Shown here one piece after another: positions 11,201-24,400 of a stretch of DNA of 64,000 nucleotides (positions within the stretch are counted from its first letter, which is position 1; every line of letters begins with the position of its first letter). A program made the translations under genes and the position numbers. The notes below the pieces were generated by a model. The model saw only the letters and a program-made list of their open reading frames with translations, made no database searches and had not been told where the DNA came from. Origin of the DNA: Klebsormidium nitens (lineage: Eukaryota; Plantae; Klebsormidiophyceae); contig DF237086.1 of the NCBI GenBank assembly GCA_000708835.1, forward strand, positions 62,001 through 126,000, given 5' to 3'.

Positions 11201-13651
11201 AACACGAAACTCAGTGCGCATACTTATCTCGCGACTTTCATTCCTGGTCGCGCTAAATCTAGCGCCAGTTTACGAAACCCTTTTCACGGGGCAGCGACGG
11301 AAGCTAGGTCGAGTACGTGGCATGTGTTCCAGGTTAGATTGTTGACTTTCTAAAGAGTTGCAGTCATATTCATACTCTTACTCTACTTGTAGCGTACGAT
11401 TCCAAGTTTTTGAAACTTCTTCCACAAGCTTAGTGCGGACAAAAGCTCCCTCTCTTCGAGAACTGCCCAGGAACATCGACAACCAAACGTCCAACAACAG
11501 GGACGCGAAGTCTTAGGCGTACAGTGAAACTACCAGGCGAAGCAACTTTGATTTCGATGCCTGAGAACATACCTTGAAGTAGAGCAGAGCACAGCTGTAG
11601 GTGTGGCACGAGGGGTCCCGATCCCTGATCGCCTGCAAGCATTTGGAACGGTCACAATAACGGGCAGCCTCCGGGCTACAGATTCCGTATCTAGGAGCGG
11701 CTGGCCCACGATGATCAGCAGAAAGCAATGGAAGACTTACCGATACCAGCAGGAGAGAAGAACGAAGGAGTGCAGATCATACTGGAATTGAGCTCCAAGT
11801 ACTGCAGATAGCGCCCTGCGTCTTTGGTTTCTCCCAAAGTTGAGCCCCAGTCTGCACCATAGACAACTTCAAAATTCATGCCAAGGAGTCGAGGCAATTC
11901 GCGCAACTCCGCAAGCAGATCTGTCCCTCCCAAGGCGCTAGAGGAATAACTCCGGGGGGGATCCCCCTACCTGCACATCCGCACGGATGGCCTCCTGGAT
12001 CTGCTTGTCGTGCGCGAGGACGTCGTCAAAGATGTCCATCAGTTGCGTCGCCAGGAAGACCGCGTTGTTGAGGCGGTTGGCCAGGATGAAGCCCAGGCTG
12101 CGCTCGAAGCACGAGTGCGCCAAAATGCTCGCATACAGAAACGAACTCAACAACGGCTCCCGCTCAGACTCGACCCTGCAGGGTTAAAATTTTCAGTCAG
12201 CGAATTTGAGGTGGCATTGGTCAGAATGCTCCACACATGTGCACTTGGCATGTTTGGCGGAGGTACGAAGAGGAATCATATGCAAATGACCTTATTAGAG
12301 AAAGTCTGCGGATGCCCTCATTGCCTCAAAAGTGAATCCATTCAAGAAGAGAGAGCGAGCACAGAGTCAGACCACAAGGTCAATTGAGCTATGGCAGAAG
12401 ATCCGCTTCTAAGAAGTGTCACATGCAAAGAAAGCAGTCCTGTAAGAAGCACAGGCTCCCTCCTAGCCCTTCTCGCTTATCATGTTGTCATATTAACGCA
12501 ATCTAAGCTAGAGGAGAATACAGCCGAATTCGTCCCGCAAAAGTCTGCAAAGAGCTCGGTTTCAAGCTCACTTCGCTTCAGCTCGGATTGCCGCCCACAG
12601 CGGGTCATGCGTCATCAGGTCCGGTTGCCGCACCCCCGCATGATATGGAAGTGCTGCAGACCAAGGGGGCGCCCCAGAGTCGAGCTTGCCCCCCCCCTGC
12701 CCGTTCAAGGCCGCAGCGGCCAATTGTGCGGCACGAAGCGCCGCCTCACCTGCTCAAAAGTGATGATCATATTGCTTAGATTTGACGACCTGAACATCAA
12801 AGTGGATTCGAATCTTAATGACACGTCGCTGATTCGCATGTTGCTCGAAAGAATCTTCGAAGAATGTCGATATTTCAGTGTTGTTGAAGAGTGGTCGTCA
12901 TGCCACTGGACAATTGAACATTTGCGCAACAGACCTCTCAACTTTCTGGTAAGCAACAATCATCTCAAAAGCTCGTCCTTGGAGGCAATACTTGCAATGA
13001 AATATCTGAAATAGATGCGCCTTTACAAGCTGCCTGAAAACCCGTCTTGTAAGAAGTGAAGAATAGTGGGGCACAAAGAGTCACCATCGTAAGCATTGGC
13101 ACACAAGCAGGGGGGGGCGTACCATCATAAACAGGCTTCCCCGCTGACTGCAGTTTTGCGGGCCAGTGGCCTGTTGACTCAAACTCCTCCCGACTCTGCA
13201 TATAGGTTGGAAAGCTCTGCGTCCATTGCTGGTCGACCTCAGCCTGAAGCGCGCTGGGGAGAGGTTTCACTTCATCTTTCTTCTTCTTACTGTCTGGCCC
13301 GTTCCCTTTCGCTGCCCCATTCACCTTCGCCGGCTTGCCTTCGAACGGGTTCTCTTGCCGGCCAGCTCGAGAGTCTCCCTTCCCACTTGAGGAGGCAGCC
13401 GCTATTACACCTCGTCCTTTGGCTTTCCGTAAACATGCCGTGTCTTCTTTTGCTTGTTCCAGCTTCCTCTCTCTAGGGGAGAAATGACTTACACCGCTAG
13501 ACTTGTTAAAGAGGCTGGTTGACAAGCTAGTGGCGTTGGCATTAGAGCTGCGCTGAGGATGCTGGCTCGACGAGGCGCAACTTTGCGGGCCCAGGGGCTC
13601 AGGCAATCGGGCCACAAAGCTGCCTCCCAGGCTTGCTGTAGCAGCCTGCAT
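8226..13651 (-). CDS. SAT: Serine O-acetyltransferase with long N-terminal extension (~504 aa, 10 exons)
   Basis: Exons 13651-13123, 12749-12572, 12175-11971, 11632-11573, 11191-11096, 10709-10685, 10217-10123, 9699-9533, 8683-8610, 8311-8226 are phase-consistent (1515 nt). Motifs DPLWAAIRAEA, EPLLSSFLYASIL, GYHALQAYRIAH, VDIHPAARIG, DHGTGVVIGETA, GVTLGGTGK, DRHPKI. C-terminus ...NNGSGI. Confidence 0.93.
9340..9410 (-). repeat. Frameshifted intronic copy of the SAT exon-8 3' end plus donor
   Basis: Minus strand GGGCGATGGTAGCCGCCGGCTCTAGTGCTGAAAGACGTGCCCCCCAAAAG|gtaaac versus the real exon end ...GCCGGCTCATTGGTACTGAAAGACGTGCCGTCCAAAAG|gtggg. Offset is 186 bp, with a 2-nt deletion in the copy. 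Confidence 0.85.
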
Positions 13652-14710
13652 CTTGGGACACCCAGCAATAGTTGTGCTTATATGTGTCCTTGCTTCTCAG
13701 GTACCGTACACTTGTCTGCGGCCACCACTCAAAATTCCAATGGCTTCAGTACTGATTCAAGGAAACTGCAAACCCTAAAAACTCACATGGCCTCCATAGG
13801 TGAAATGCATTGCAAGCAAACCTGATGAGACCAGATTCAAAGAAAGAACGCTAGTAGGCCCAATCAAATCAAGCACCTTGAGGCATGCCCTTTCGCAAAA
13901 AGTCAGGCTGCCTGCAACATTCTCTGAGCGCCTCTTGCGAAGCACTTCCAACCACTTCTCCAAACTCCTCGTGCAAGGGATTTCAAAAAGAGTGGCCACT
14001 GCAGCGGTGAAGAAAAGAGAAGCGTTCCTCTCCTGAACCTAGTGAGAGTCAAGACGCGCCAATTTGCATACAGGCTCAGCAGCCTGGAGTATCCGAGAGA
14101 TGAGTGCTCATCTGACATCTGGTCTTCTCTGCGACCACGTTTATCCAGACATATACCCCCTCACCTGTTCATATCTTCTTTAGGTTGTTCCTGTTCGTCC
14201 GATGATCAAACAGACGACCCGAATAGGTTGCAAGAAGACCCTCGTGGTTCCAGGGGGGCTTGGCGAAGGCATAACGTCCAGACACTTCAGGTGCTCGTGC
14301 CAAGACCAGAGATTGCCCTCATGCAGCAACAATGTCCAGGCAAACTTCAGTTCCCACATCTCAGAATCCCAGCACAGGTAGGTAGCTCAGGCAGCGCTTC
14401 CTGCACTGCTTGAGGATTGGGCACCTACTTTTGCAGCTAATTGCATGGGGTTCCTGTGAAGAGCCTATCACTGGTATCAGTAAGATAATGGCACGCTAAT
14501 GCAGCTTTCGCTGGGGTTGTTGTATCCTTTGACGAATCTTCTCGCTTGCATCCTGACATAGAATTTTATCTTCATGTATACTCTAAGTGGCACGCAGGCG
14601 CCAACCTCATGATAGATGTTTCCACAAAGCTTGAAAACAGATATCTAGAAGCTCTCGTAAAAAGTTTGCAGCTCAATTGACACGGCTTTTGAGATCTTCA
14701 CTTGGTTAAA

Positions 14711-16936
14711 ATGCTTGGAAAATATTTGATAAAAGCAGTGCAGCTGGGGAAAGCTGGTTGTGCAAAGGACTGGCTAATCCATGATACTGGTGGTGCGGAA
14801 GTAACGCGTGCACTGGGCGCAGCACTCCTCAAAGCAGACCTTGTCCCAACAAGTGGCGTGAGACGGCGGAACTATGCAACGGGGTTCACTCTCCCGGCAC
14901 CGAAGGAACTGAGCTCGATTCTGAAGATTGAAACTGTGCGGGACGCCTCCAAAGAAGAGATTACACGCATCTGGAACGAGGTAAGCACCGGCACTATGTT
15001 CGAGAAAAGAGAGTCGTGGGTGCAGCCTCAAACATGACAAACTTGCCGCCAGGCTTTGTTGATGCAAGGGTCAAATTTGGATGTAGAATTGTAGACACAC
15101 CAGGTGGATGTTTCTCGGCAAGCCCTCAGACTGATGTGTGGATCTGGAAACCACTGCCTCCCCCAACTTTCAGCGACACCATACCAACATCTTCAACCAG
15201 TGTCTTGATCCAGCTTTGTAAGCCAAAACACATGTTTTTTGGAAGTTCGTAATCAAGATGCGAGTCTTGATGGCTGCACCACTCCGGATTCCACCGAGAT
15301 CCCGAGACCAACGATCTAAAGAAACGCATGTTTTCGATGGAATTGTACATGACAAGCCTGAATCTGTCATTTCTCGCCTTCCTGGATAAAAGTGGTCTGA
15401 GTATGTGAGCAAGCAGAAATATCTGGATAAGTGTCAAGAGTCTCAGGGCGCTTACACCACGCTGCCACATTATGCAGTATCATTTCAAGCTGGGCAGGGG
15501 GCACGTTAGTACAGTCCTCGATGCAGCTGCTTTCAAAACATTCAGAGAAAGGGTCAGTGAATGGTAAGGCTGAAGAAACTGACTTTTTCGCGTTGCTGTC
15601 AGAGACATAAGTGCATATCACTCTCAACGCTTGTAGTGGCAGATCTGTCCGCCCCACTTTGTGCACTTCTGAATCCTATTCAAAGGTTCTGATACCTCGA
15701 TTGTTCTTCTGGGAACTTACGAATCATTCCCAGTTCGCATCAGCTGACTGCACGCACTGATTCTTAGCTTCCGAGTTGCAATTGTCCTCGAGCTTTGCAA
15801 GACTACTTCTCATAACTCAATTCCTTGCCGTTAGTCACAGTCGAAGACTTCTGTTGTCAATCAAAAGCATGTATGTTTCGCTGTATTTCTAGTTCAAACC
15901 TGGAGAGCTTTGTTCTATATGTGAACTCCACTCGCTGACGACCTTTCTGATCTTGCGGTGCAGTCCTCTCTTCGTTCTCCCTCTCAAAAAGCCGGCCGGC
16001 TTCGTCACCATGTTTCTGCAAGGTGAGACCCTCCATCTGTCCAAAATGGTTGCGAGTCTTCTCCGTTGAAGATCGATCCCTTCCCTCAGCTTTCACACAC
16101 ACCTGTCCGCAAGACGTCTGAATGCAGATTCTGTAACCCTTTCGCTTTCGATTGTTACCCTCCCCTTGCTGAAGCTTTTGGCCGCGACATGCGCTCTAGG
16201 CGAAACTCTTCACTCTACGCTACTTGAGCGGGCTCCTTCTAACCAGTTGAAACCGTCTGCTTGAACCAGCCCAACTGCCACGTGTCCTCTTCACTGGCCT
16301 CGAGGACTACAAGGTCCGGGGGTCGCAAGCTTCTCCATACCTAGTTGTCACGCACTACGACGATCTGGCAGAGTCCAAGGACGTCGTACTTGTTCGGGGG
16401 GACATCATTCTGCCTGCACACCTGAAAGATGCAGAGGTGAGGACCTTGTCGTTGTCTCTCTTCGCGCGAACTTCGTTATGGATGTTATGGCACTGCAGAG
16501 CTTCGACTTTCGGCCCCCGGCTTTGCTCGTTGAGCTGCTCCGCAGTTCGACAATATCTTCTACAACAAAGGCAGCAACAATATAACGTGTATGAGGCCGG
16601 GGCTCAAGTCATGGGGCTTTTTGTTGTTTGTGCAAGATGTATTGTGGCAGGGGGCCAACAGTTTCTAAAGCAAGTATTTGTTGTCGAAGGGAAGGTTCAC
16701 GTCAAGGACTGATCGGCCGTGCCATACCGGCTTCCTTCAAGTTGCCCCGGAGCTAAGACGGTAGATGTAACACTGCGTTCGTTTCCGTGTATTTCCAGGC
16801 GACGGATCTGCTCGAAGCCAGCCACTCGTTCTACTTGAGGCGGGACCTTTTTGATCACGTTCAAGCTTTCAATAGAAACAGTGCCAATTTCGATTTCAAC
16901 GAGGTCCTTCGGACACGCGGCATCTCGCCTTTGTAA
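14711..16936 (+). CDS. ATP11: Mitochondrial F1 ATP synthase assembly factor ATP11/ATPAF1 (~239 aa, 5 exons)
   Basis: Exons 14711-14980, 15478-15563, 15964-16022, 16270-16436, 16799-16936 (720 nt, in phase). Motifs PKELSSILKIE..KEEITRIWNEYH, GRGHV, CPLFVLPL, VLFTGLEDYKVRGSQASPYL, LVRGDI, HSFYL. Basic N-terminal presequence. Confidence 0.9.
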
Positions 16937-18113
16937 CATAGCTTGCTGCGGCGTAAACCGTTAACTAGAATTGCCTGCGAACTGAACATTCTAGGTTAAA
17001 AGCGTCATTTGGTATCATTTGGTATGCATTCCCCAAGTTTTACCTTAAAGCGTCTCCAGTGGGCCTACTATAGTAAACACGTCCAATACTTGTCAGGTTG
17101 CCAATCACATAAGAGCCTCATATAGAATCGTTTATTAGGAGGGGCAGAATGTTCTCCGTCCAAAGCAGGGTACAAGTTCCTACATCAACCAGCGTGTTTA
17201 GTCTTTTGCGGGACGTCGGAATGGAAGTGAACTCCGATATCTGGCTGTGAAAAGAAGCTGATCGACTTGAAATTGCACATATGTACCGATTCCGGCTCAA
17301 AGATAAACAAGCAACTTCAATCAAGGCTCTTGAAAGCTTGGTTACACTACGAGCTACATCCGGCAAAAGCTCGATTCTATATACATCAACGTCGAAGAAT
17401 CGTTTTACCGTCTATATTGAATGGCCTCGTGATCTACATGAAATGAATGAAATTCACCTCAGATTGCATTGAATTCTGACCAACTAAGCTTGATCCAGAA
17501 AAATATTGAACACCCATGACTCAAAACGGCTCATTACGGCAAATCTGCAGTGGAGTTTCAAGAGCTACACATACTCCACTGATTGACCATTTTACTTTTC
17601 AAAGAATTCTCAAATTGAACAATGGTTTCTCGACTTGACAAATTCTTGGAATACAATTGCCCTCAGTACCGAAAAAGCAGGTTCTGGTGCTTTTCGTTGG
17701 GATCATTCTGCATGATCTGGACGCTACCCACTTTCGTACGCAACAGACCTTTTCTGGTAGCCCGCATACAGGCCTCTTCTTTCCGATTCGCCCTCGATTC
17801 GCCCCCATTGTGGCAACCCAAGGGCCAAAGGCCAAAGGGGACTCAAAGTCTTGCCAGCTACAAGGGAAAAGCTCATTTGTCGCGAGGCGGCGCGGCCGGC
17901 GAAGGAGGACCGAATCAGCGTCTGCTGCGCGCGCGCGCGCTCAAACTACGGAAGTTCAACCACCATCGCAGTTTTCAGGACTTCGCTTGGCTCGGGAAGA
18001 GGAAGGAGGAAGACGCAGTGCAAAGCGACGAGGCCGGAATGTGGTGCTTGGGACGGTAGGTTTCAGCATTAGGAAGCTTCCCCTAGGTCTGTTGGCAGAA
18101 CAGGAGGCAAGCC

Positions 18114-20317
18114 ATGGCCGTCAAGATTCGTCTGCAGCGGAAGGGCAGAATCCGTCTTCCAATTTACCGCCTGGTAGCGGCGGATAGCAAGGCTCCTCGG
18201 GACGGCGCGTTCATCGAGATTCTGGGGCAGTATGATCCGAAAGCAGGTGAGAGGGTTTGACTGCAGACCTAAGCACTGACAGGGTTTCCATAGGGTTCCA
18301 CACAACGGGCTTTGAAGGATTCAACGGCGCTTTGGTATATTGTGATGCTTCGTTTTGCTCGCGGTGACTGCTGCTCCAAGAATGCTGCCACAGTTTGATG
18401 CTGCTAGAGACGGTGCTTTCAAACGCAGAGACTATGGTTAGGAAGGGATTTTTGTTGGTTAGCAGACCCTTACCGCTGTGTCTTTAACTTCTTATTTGTG
18501 CACATATCCCTGGCTTCCAGCATCTCATTGTCAAGCTACATATCAAGCATAGCACGCTATTCTGTGATAGCGTTTATACCCGAAAGGGCGCTCTTCTAGT
18601 GGACAAACGTCGTAGAAGCAAACACTCTATCTTGAAGCATGCTCTTACGACGATGAGCAGGATGATTACCGCATATTCTCGTATCATGTAAAGGGAGAGT
18701 TTGATTGTAATGTTGCCAACAAGAGCAGCGCACTGTCCTTATTTTGGCAGTGTCGTCTGGTCAGCATCAAGCTGAGCTTGTCGAAGCACTGTCCGAAGCA
18801 CTTGGTTTTTGAGTGCCGCGGTGAAGCACTTACTTCATAGTTGGCACGCATCGTGCCATGGCTGGTGCTGCTCAGTCTCTGGATTGATAAATGCACGCGC
18901 TTCAGAGGTTGTGGAACCCGATCGATTATGATTGTGACAGCTGTCGCGTCGCGTCTCATTGCCCACATTGTGTCTGAGTGTGGTTTCCTTGTTTAAGCGG
19001 AATTTGTTTTTGTTTCTGCAGGGAGGCCTGGCATGAACCACACAATCAACGTCAAGGCCGAGCGCATCCAGTGAGTGCTCTTGTTCTTTGGCATTCTTCT
19101 TGTGGAAGTGTATGTCTGGGTCTCTTACGGGTGTCTTTTCTTGACATGGTCATCTCAGGTTTGCCAGAACCTGTCTATCTTGCAATTTGACTGTGGATAG
19201 CTGGTGGACAAATCTCCTTGCTGGTCACGTAAAGAAGTCAGTTCTGCACCCTGGGTATTGCGGCATGCCCACCATTCACCATAACTGTCAGAATAAAGTT
19301 ACTCAGTGCAAGGTGTCCGGAAACCCACACCTTCAGTTTGTGGCGGCTCAACGATCCAACAAACGGCACTATCCACTTCAGCGCTTTTGACCCCTACGCA
19401 AGGTTTGTTTCTAGCTTGAGTCCACGCAACAGAGCTGGTCCAAACGTACACCGTTGATTGACTTGGGCTACTTCGTGGTACCATAAGCGGCGAGCATCAG
19501 CGCACTCTCAGATCGGAAGAATGTTGACGGCAGTGAATCATGCTGCCAAATCGGTCAACGCTCTGGCAGCCTTCAGTGCTTCTGCCACCACACTGCAGCT
19601 TATCCGGGTCCCACAATTGCCTTAGCTCGTATCAGGACGTGCCCCCTGAATGGGATGCCACAGACCGCATACCATCTGGCAGCTGTGTCACAAACCACAT
19701 TGGATACAACAGTATTACCTGGTTCAGAAGCTTTTGACGGCTTCTTTCAGCATCACCGTTCTTACTGCTTCTGCTTTGTTTTGCACCAAGGTTTTCACTA
19801 TCTTTTCACACCGCACCTTTCTATCACTAACTACTGGTCCACTCCACTCTGCACCCTTTCAACACTGATAATCGGTCCATCCCTCTCAACCAGGCACTGG
19901 CTGGACTGCGGCGCCCAGCCCACCGAGACCGTTAGCAGCCTGCTCCGTCAAATCGGCATGCTCCCCATGGTCGACTTCAACAAGAAGGAGGAGCCCTACT
20001 ACGGAAGCCGCAAGAAGAAGGACGAGGATAAGAAGAAGCGCGCCAAGAAGGCGTCCGCCGTTCTTTCCGCCCCGGTCGCGCCTCGGGCCGCGCCGGTCGT
20101 CCCGGCTCCCATGATGGAGCCGTTTGGGTCGTCCTTTAGAGGAACCGCCGTGGCTGCTAGGCCTTCGTTCAGGCTGCAGTCGGCCAACGGGTTGTCTGCC
20201 ATTAGGTCAGGTAGTCGGGTTGCAGCTCCGGGGCTCGCGACGAGCCAAATGCGCTCGATGAGCATGGTGGGCATGCGGAGCGCACTGCAGAGAGTGGCGT
20301 GCGTATGCGGAATTTAA
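18114..20317 (+). CDS. RPS16: Organellar ribosomal protein S16 with long C-terminal extension (~201 aa, 3 exons)
   Basis: Exons 18114-18246, 19022-19070, 19894-20317 in phase. [42 protein letters not shown]...[17 protein letters not shown] is the bS16 signature. Confidence 0.92.
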
Positions 20318-21440
20318 ACGGAATGATTTAGAAGGGGTGACGCCTTGCAGTAGACTTCAGCAGGTAACAACTGTGCACCGATGGCGAAGGAGGCTAAAAG
20401 GGTCTCCTCACATTCTTGATCTGGGCTTTTAAAACTAACTCTTGACCAGCCAGTGGATATCAACCCTCTTCGATTTGCCACTCTGCGGAAGCTAACATTC
20501 TCGGGACTGGCATTTGCCGAATCCAGCAGGCGACAACTTGACCTGCATTTAATGCCGGCCGCAGTTTCTGTTGTGGCCTGCCATCATTCTACTGATCCAT
20601 GATGGACGGTTGGCCCGGCCATGCAGCGGCTGCAGTCTGCACACCATTGCAGCCATGGCAGGAGCATCTATATATGCAGGCTTGTGATGTCAGTATGTTG
20701 GATGAGGCACTGAGTGCATATGCGCCGAGCCGGTTGGATTGATACACATGACAGATAAATCATGTATACAACGGTTGAAATTGAGTGCTCAAGTACGCAC
20801 GTGCATAATATGCATTAGTACGCAACTTAACACTTCCGCCAAGGCTGGGCCGTGCTGTCGTGACTGATAATAAAAGCTATATACAAAGATATCCGACGTA
20901 CTGCAACGAGCATGCACAAGCGATCATTCAACTTTCCATTCTTTGGATTAGCATGGCAATCCACTCATGCATGGACACTGATTGCAATTGCGCGACATTT
21001 TCGACGAATATCCACCCTCAGTGGCATGTTCATCAGGCTGTGCAATTTACAGCGCGCGAGTTAGGCTGCGCGAGGCGGCTAGCCATCGGATGCGCTTAAT
21101 AGTTTGCAATTCATTCAACCAACCTGGCGGCCTAGATCAAACTCGAACTCGCAATTGCAGAGTGCGGCAGGTTGTTCTTGATGCTTTGACTAGCAACTCA
21201 TTGTCAGGCAGCCGACTTGTGGCGTTCTTAGCCCTACAAGCTGTCCACCAACCAGCACTGCAGCCTTCAAGTGATCGGACCAACAGAGCTGCCCTTTTCC
21301 GTGCGTGAAACTTAGAGCTACCGCCAACGGATTGACTGTCAAGCCTCTAATGTACATGTTAGCAAAATTGCAAGCTTCTCTTACAAAACTCCCTCTATCC
21401 AAACATACAACGCTCAGAATTGAAAGGAGCTCAGATTGAG

Positions 21441-24400
21441 CTACTCGAGCTCCTTCAAGAAGTCCTCGTTGTCGACAAACACCTGCAACGAAGGGGGATT
21501 CGTAAGTCTCAATTTCTGGAATCTCTTAAGATAGCGAACGAGGATGTCAAACTTGCAGCAACCAGTCGACTGGCGAAAACGATGTACGTGCCGAGTCAGC
21601 GGAATGCTTCTCTGCACAGACTTTGCCAGCTTGATTGGGTTACCTACTATATGCGATTTCCCACTTAACCCAAGTGGGAAACCATTTCAGGCGGTTTCCC
21701 ACTTAACCCAAGCAAAGCAGGATGTGCTCCTCCGTCAGACTCACCGTTTTCCAGCCGTCGGGATCCAACGCTGCGACAATCTTCGTGTTGAGTCCCGGCA
21801 GGGGCCCAGCCTCCCTGGTGATCTTGGCCCCCGCCGCACGCAGGGCCTCGCCGGTCTTGTACACGTCGTCAGTTCCAATCGCAATCTGTGCAAAGGGAAC
21901 AGGACTCAGAATGGGTGCAGTTGGGTTCTTTGCGAAATTTGGAGGTCCAGACTGTGTCGAGCGCGCAGCGGTTCTCCAGTTTACTATCTACGTTGCGAAG
22001 ATCACTTTGCGTGTTTCGCAACACGATCGAAACACCCAACGTGAAGGTGAAGCACGTTCCCGAGGGGCCCAGTATCGCTTTCCTCCTTCCTCAAAAATGC
22101 TTCTAAAAGCTCGACTGTAAGCGGCTTCCGCCAACAAAAATAAGGTGAGCTGACACCTTCGCATTGAAGAGCACGAGGTTGTCCAAAACAAAAAGGTCCT
22201 GGAAAGGCCAGCAAGAAACCCAGTTGCTTCTGCGATAAGCAGACTAGAAAGTCGTATCATCCGAAACAAAGAAAAGCCCTGAAAGGTCCGGCATGCCAAG
22301 GCAATGAAGATCTGCGGTTTCGGCCGGCGCTTACTCCACTGCACGTCTACGAGAGGAGTGAGAGGATTGAGATCACCGCGCTACAGGCCAAAGTCGATCC
22401 GCTAGCAATCCGACGGAACTGCCAGAACGAATGATGATAAGTAAACACGTTTACGGTATTTCCTGATGTCGGACGACCGAAGGCGTCTAGCCTCAGGAAG
22501 AGCTGTCCAGCGGACGACCAGAAGTCAAATGACCTGCAACGGGAAAAAGGAAAACGAACCAGTTCGGGTCACCCACTTGGCCGTAGGCGTCGCCCTTAGT
22601 GTACTCTGTCACGCCGTAGTTGTACGTCAACTCCAGGACCGTGCTCTCGTCCTCCGGACCGTAGCCCATCATGGCGATCGTATACTGCACAGCCCAATGT
22701 AAGGTTCAGTCGCAGATCGTTTGCAGAACATGTGACAATAGGCTAATCAACATCGACACGGTATGATGAGGACCCAGCGTCAAGCTAGTCGGTGCCCCGT
22801 TCGTAAAACAAGTGATGTCAACGGGTCCAAAATGGAGGACGAATTTCAAATCGCTTCTCGAATAGGTGTCGGGGTGTGCCTGAGATGAACAGCTCTCTCC
22901 ACCACAACATCTTTTCAAAGGCGAGGGGGTTGGACAGCGTAACCCCACCAGGGGTGTCTATCCAATTTCTGTCTGGAAAACTTGGAAACCGCTGGCCGGT
23001 TGAATGATCGGGCAATTGATGTGCGCCCACTACGCACGCACCTTTTGCTCGGGCCGGTCCGACTTGCGCAGCAGCTTCATGCCGTGCGCCTTCTCGTAGA
23101 ACTCAATCGCGCGGTCCATGTCACCCACGCGCAGCATCACCTGCGCGAATGGCTCCTTAATGGGGCCCGCACGCTGGATCAGCTCGAACATGTAGCCGTC
23201 AGGGTCCTGGAAAAATGAAGGAAGGTGCTGGTTTCCGCAAAACAAAATGGCGCTTCGACTCTGCTGTCGACTCTGTGTGCAATAAGGCGGCATCCACAAA
23301 ATGAAAGGTCCGATGCTTTAAAGTCAGCCGAGTTGATTGCGTAGGATTGAAGGTTCTCGGCTGAAACTAGACGCCCTCTTGAGTCCTGCGAAAGAGTCTG
23401 TTCGTCGCCAACCAATCGACAAACACGTATCGCACATTCACGTCTAGGGATACCCCTTTCTGCAAAGTCGGCGCGGTAGTCTGACCGGCTGGTAGTCAGC
23501 GCACAGGGGCCCCCATCGCAGCAAAAGGACTGTGGCCACCGAAAGTAGTGTCGCTCTTTAAAACAAAACGCCGTGATTTTAACATGGAGAACGCGCTTCG
23601 TGGCGGACCCACCTTGACAAACGCGATGATGGAGCGGCCTCCCTTCACCGGCCCCGGTTCTCTGGTCACCGTCCCCCCGAGCACCTTAATCTTCTCCACA
23701 GTCTTCGCAACCTGCCGGGACAAAGACGACGAGTTTTCTCCTCAGCCTAGATTCGAGGACTGTCTGAATCCGCTGTAGAACATGGTGTGAGCAAGCACAT
23801 GCACAACTCTCTGGCTGGAGCATTCCGCAAATAGGCACGTTTGTAAGTTTCTTGCAGAAGTGTGTCTATTACTCTGCACCCGCTCTCGGCTCCCGGTTTG
23901 CGCTTTCTCCGTCTGATTCAGAGCTTTCCTCGAAGATGCTGTTCTTGACGTGCTTATGAGACGTAGGACGGGGCAACAAGGACTGCTAACAACTGCTCGT
24001 CTACTAGGCAAGGACTGTGGGGGCGCGACAGAACCGTTACGGCCGGATCGTAATCGCTTGTACTTCGCTTCTCCCGAAGTGATTGGGCGGCGGCATCTGG
24101 TGGCAAAAAGGGGGGTACATTAAATAAGACAAGATACATCATAAGAAAAAAAGAACATGTAACACAAGCGTGTTTTGAAAATTAACGATAGATCAGGCTC
24201 ACGTCCTCGACCGCGATCCCAAAGTGGCCGAACCCGGACCCGATGTCGTATTTGTCCTTGCCGTAGTTGTAGGTGAGCTCCACGACGAAATTGCTGGTCT
24301 CGGGGCCGTAGCCCAGGAAGCAGTTGGTGTACTTCTCCTCGGGGATGTCGCGCTCGCGTGTCACCTGCATGCCCAGCGCCTCCGTGTAGAACCTGCAGAA

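Noticed and set aside
12391-13014. 207-aa plus-strand ORF
   Set aside because: Antisense to SAT exon 2 and introns; no recognisable features.
17622-18187. Overlapping 145- and 176-aa ORFs upstream of RPS16
   Set aside because: GC-rich promoter/5' UTR sequence in frames different from bS16; no similarity recognised.
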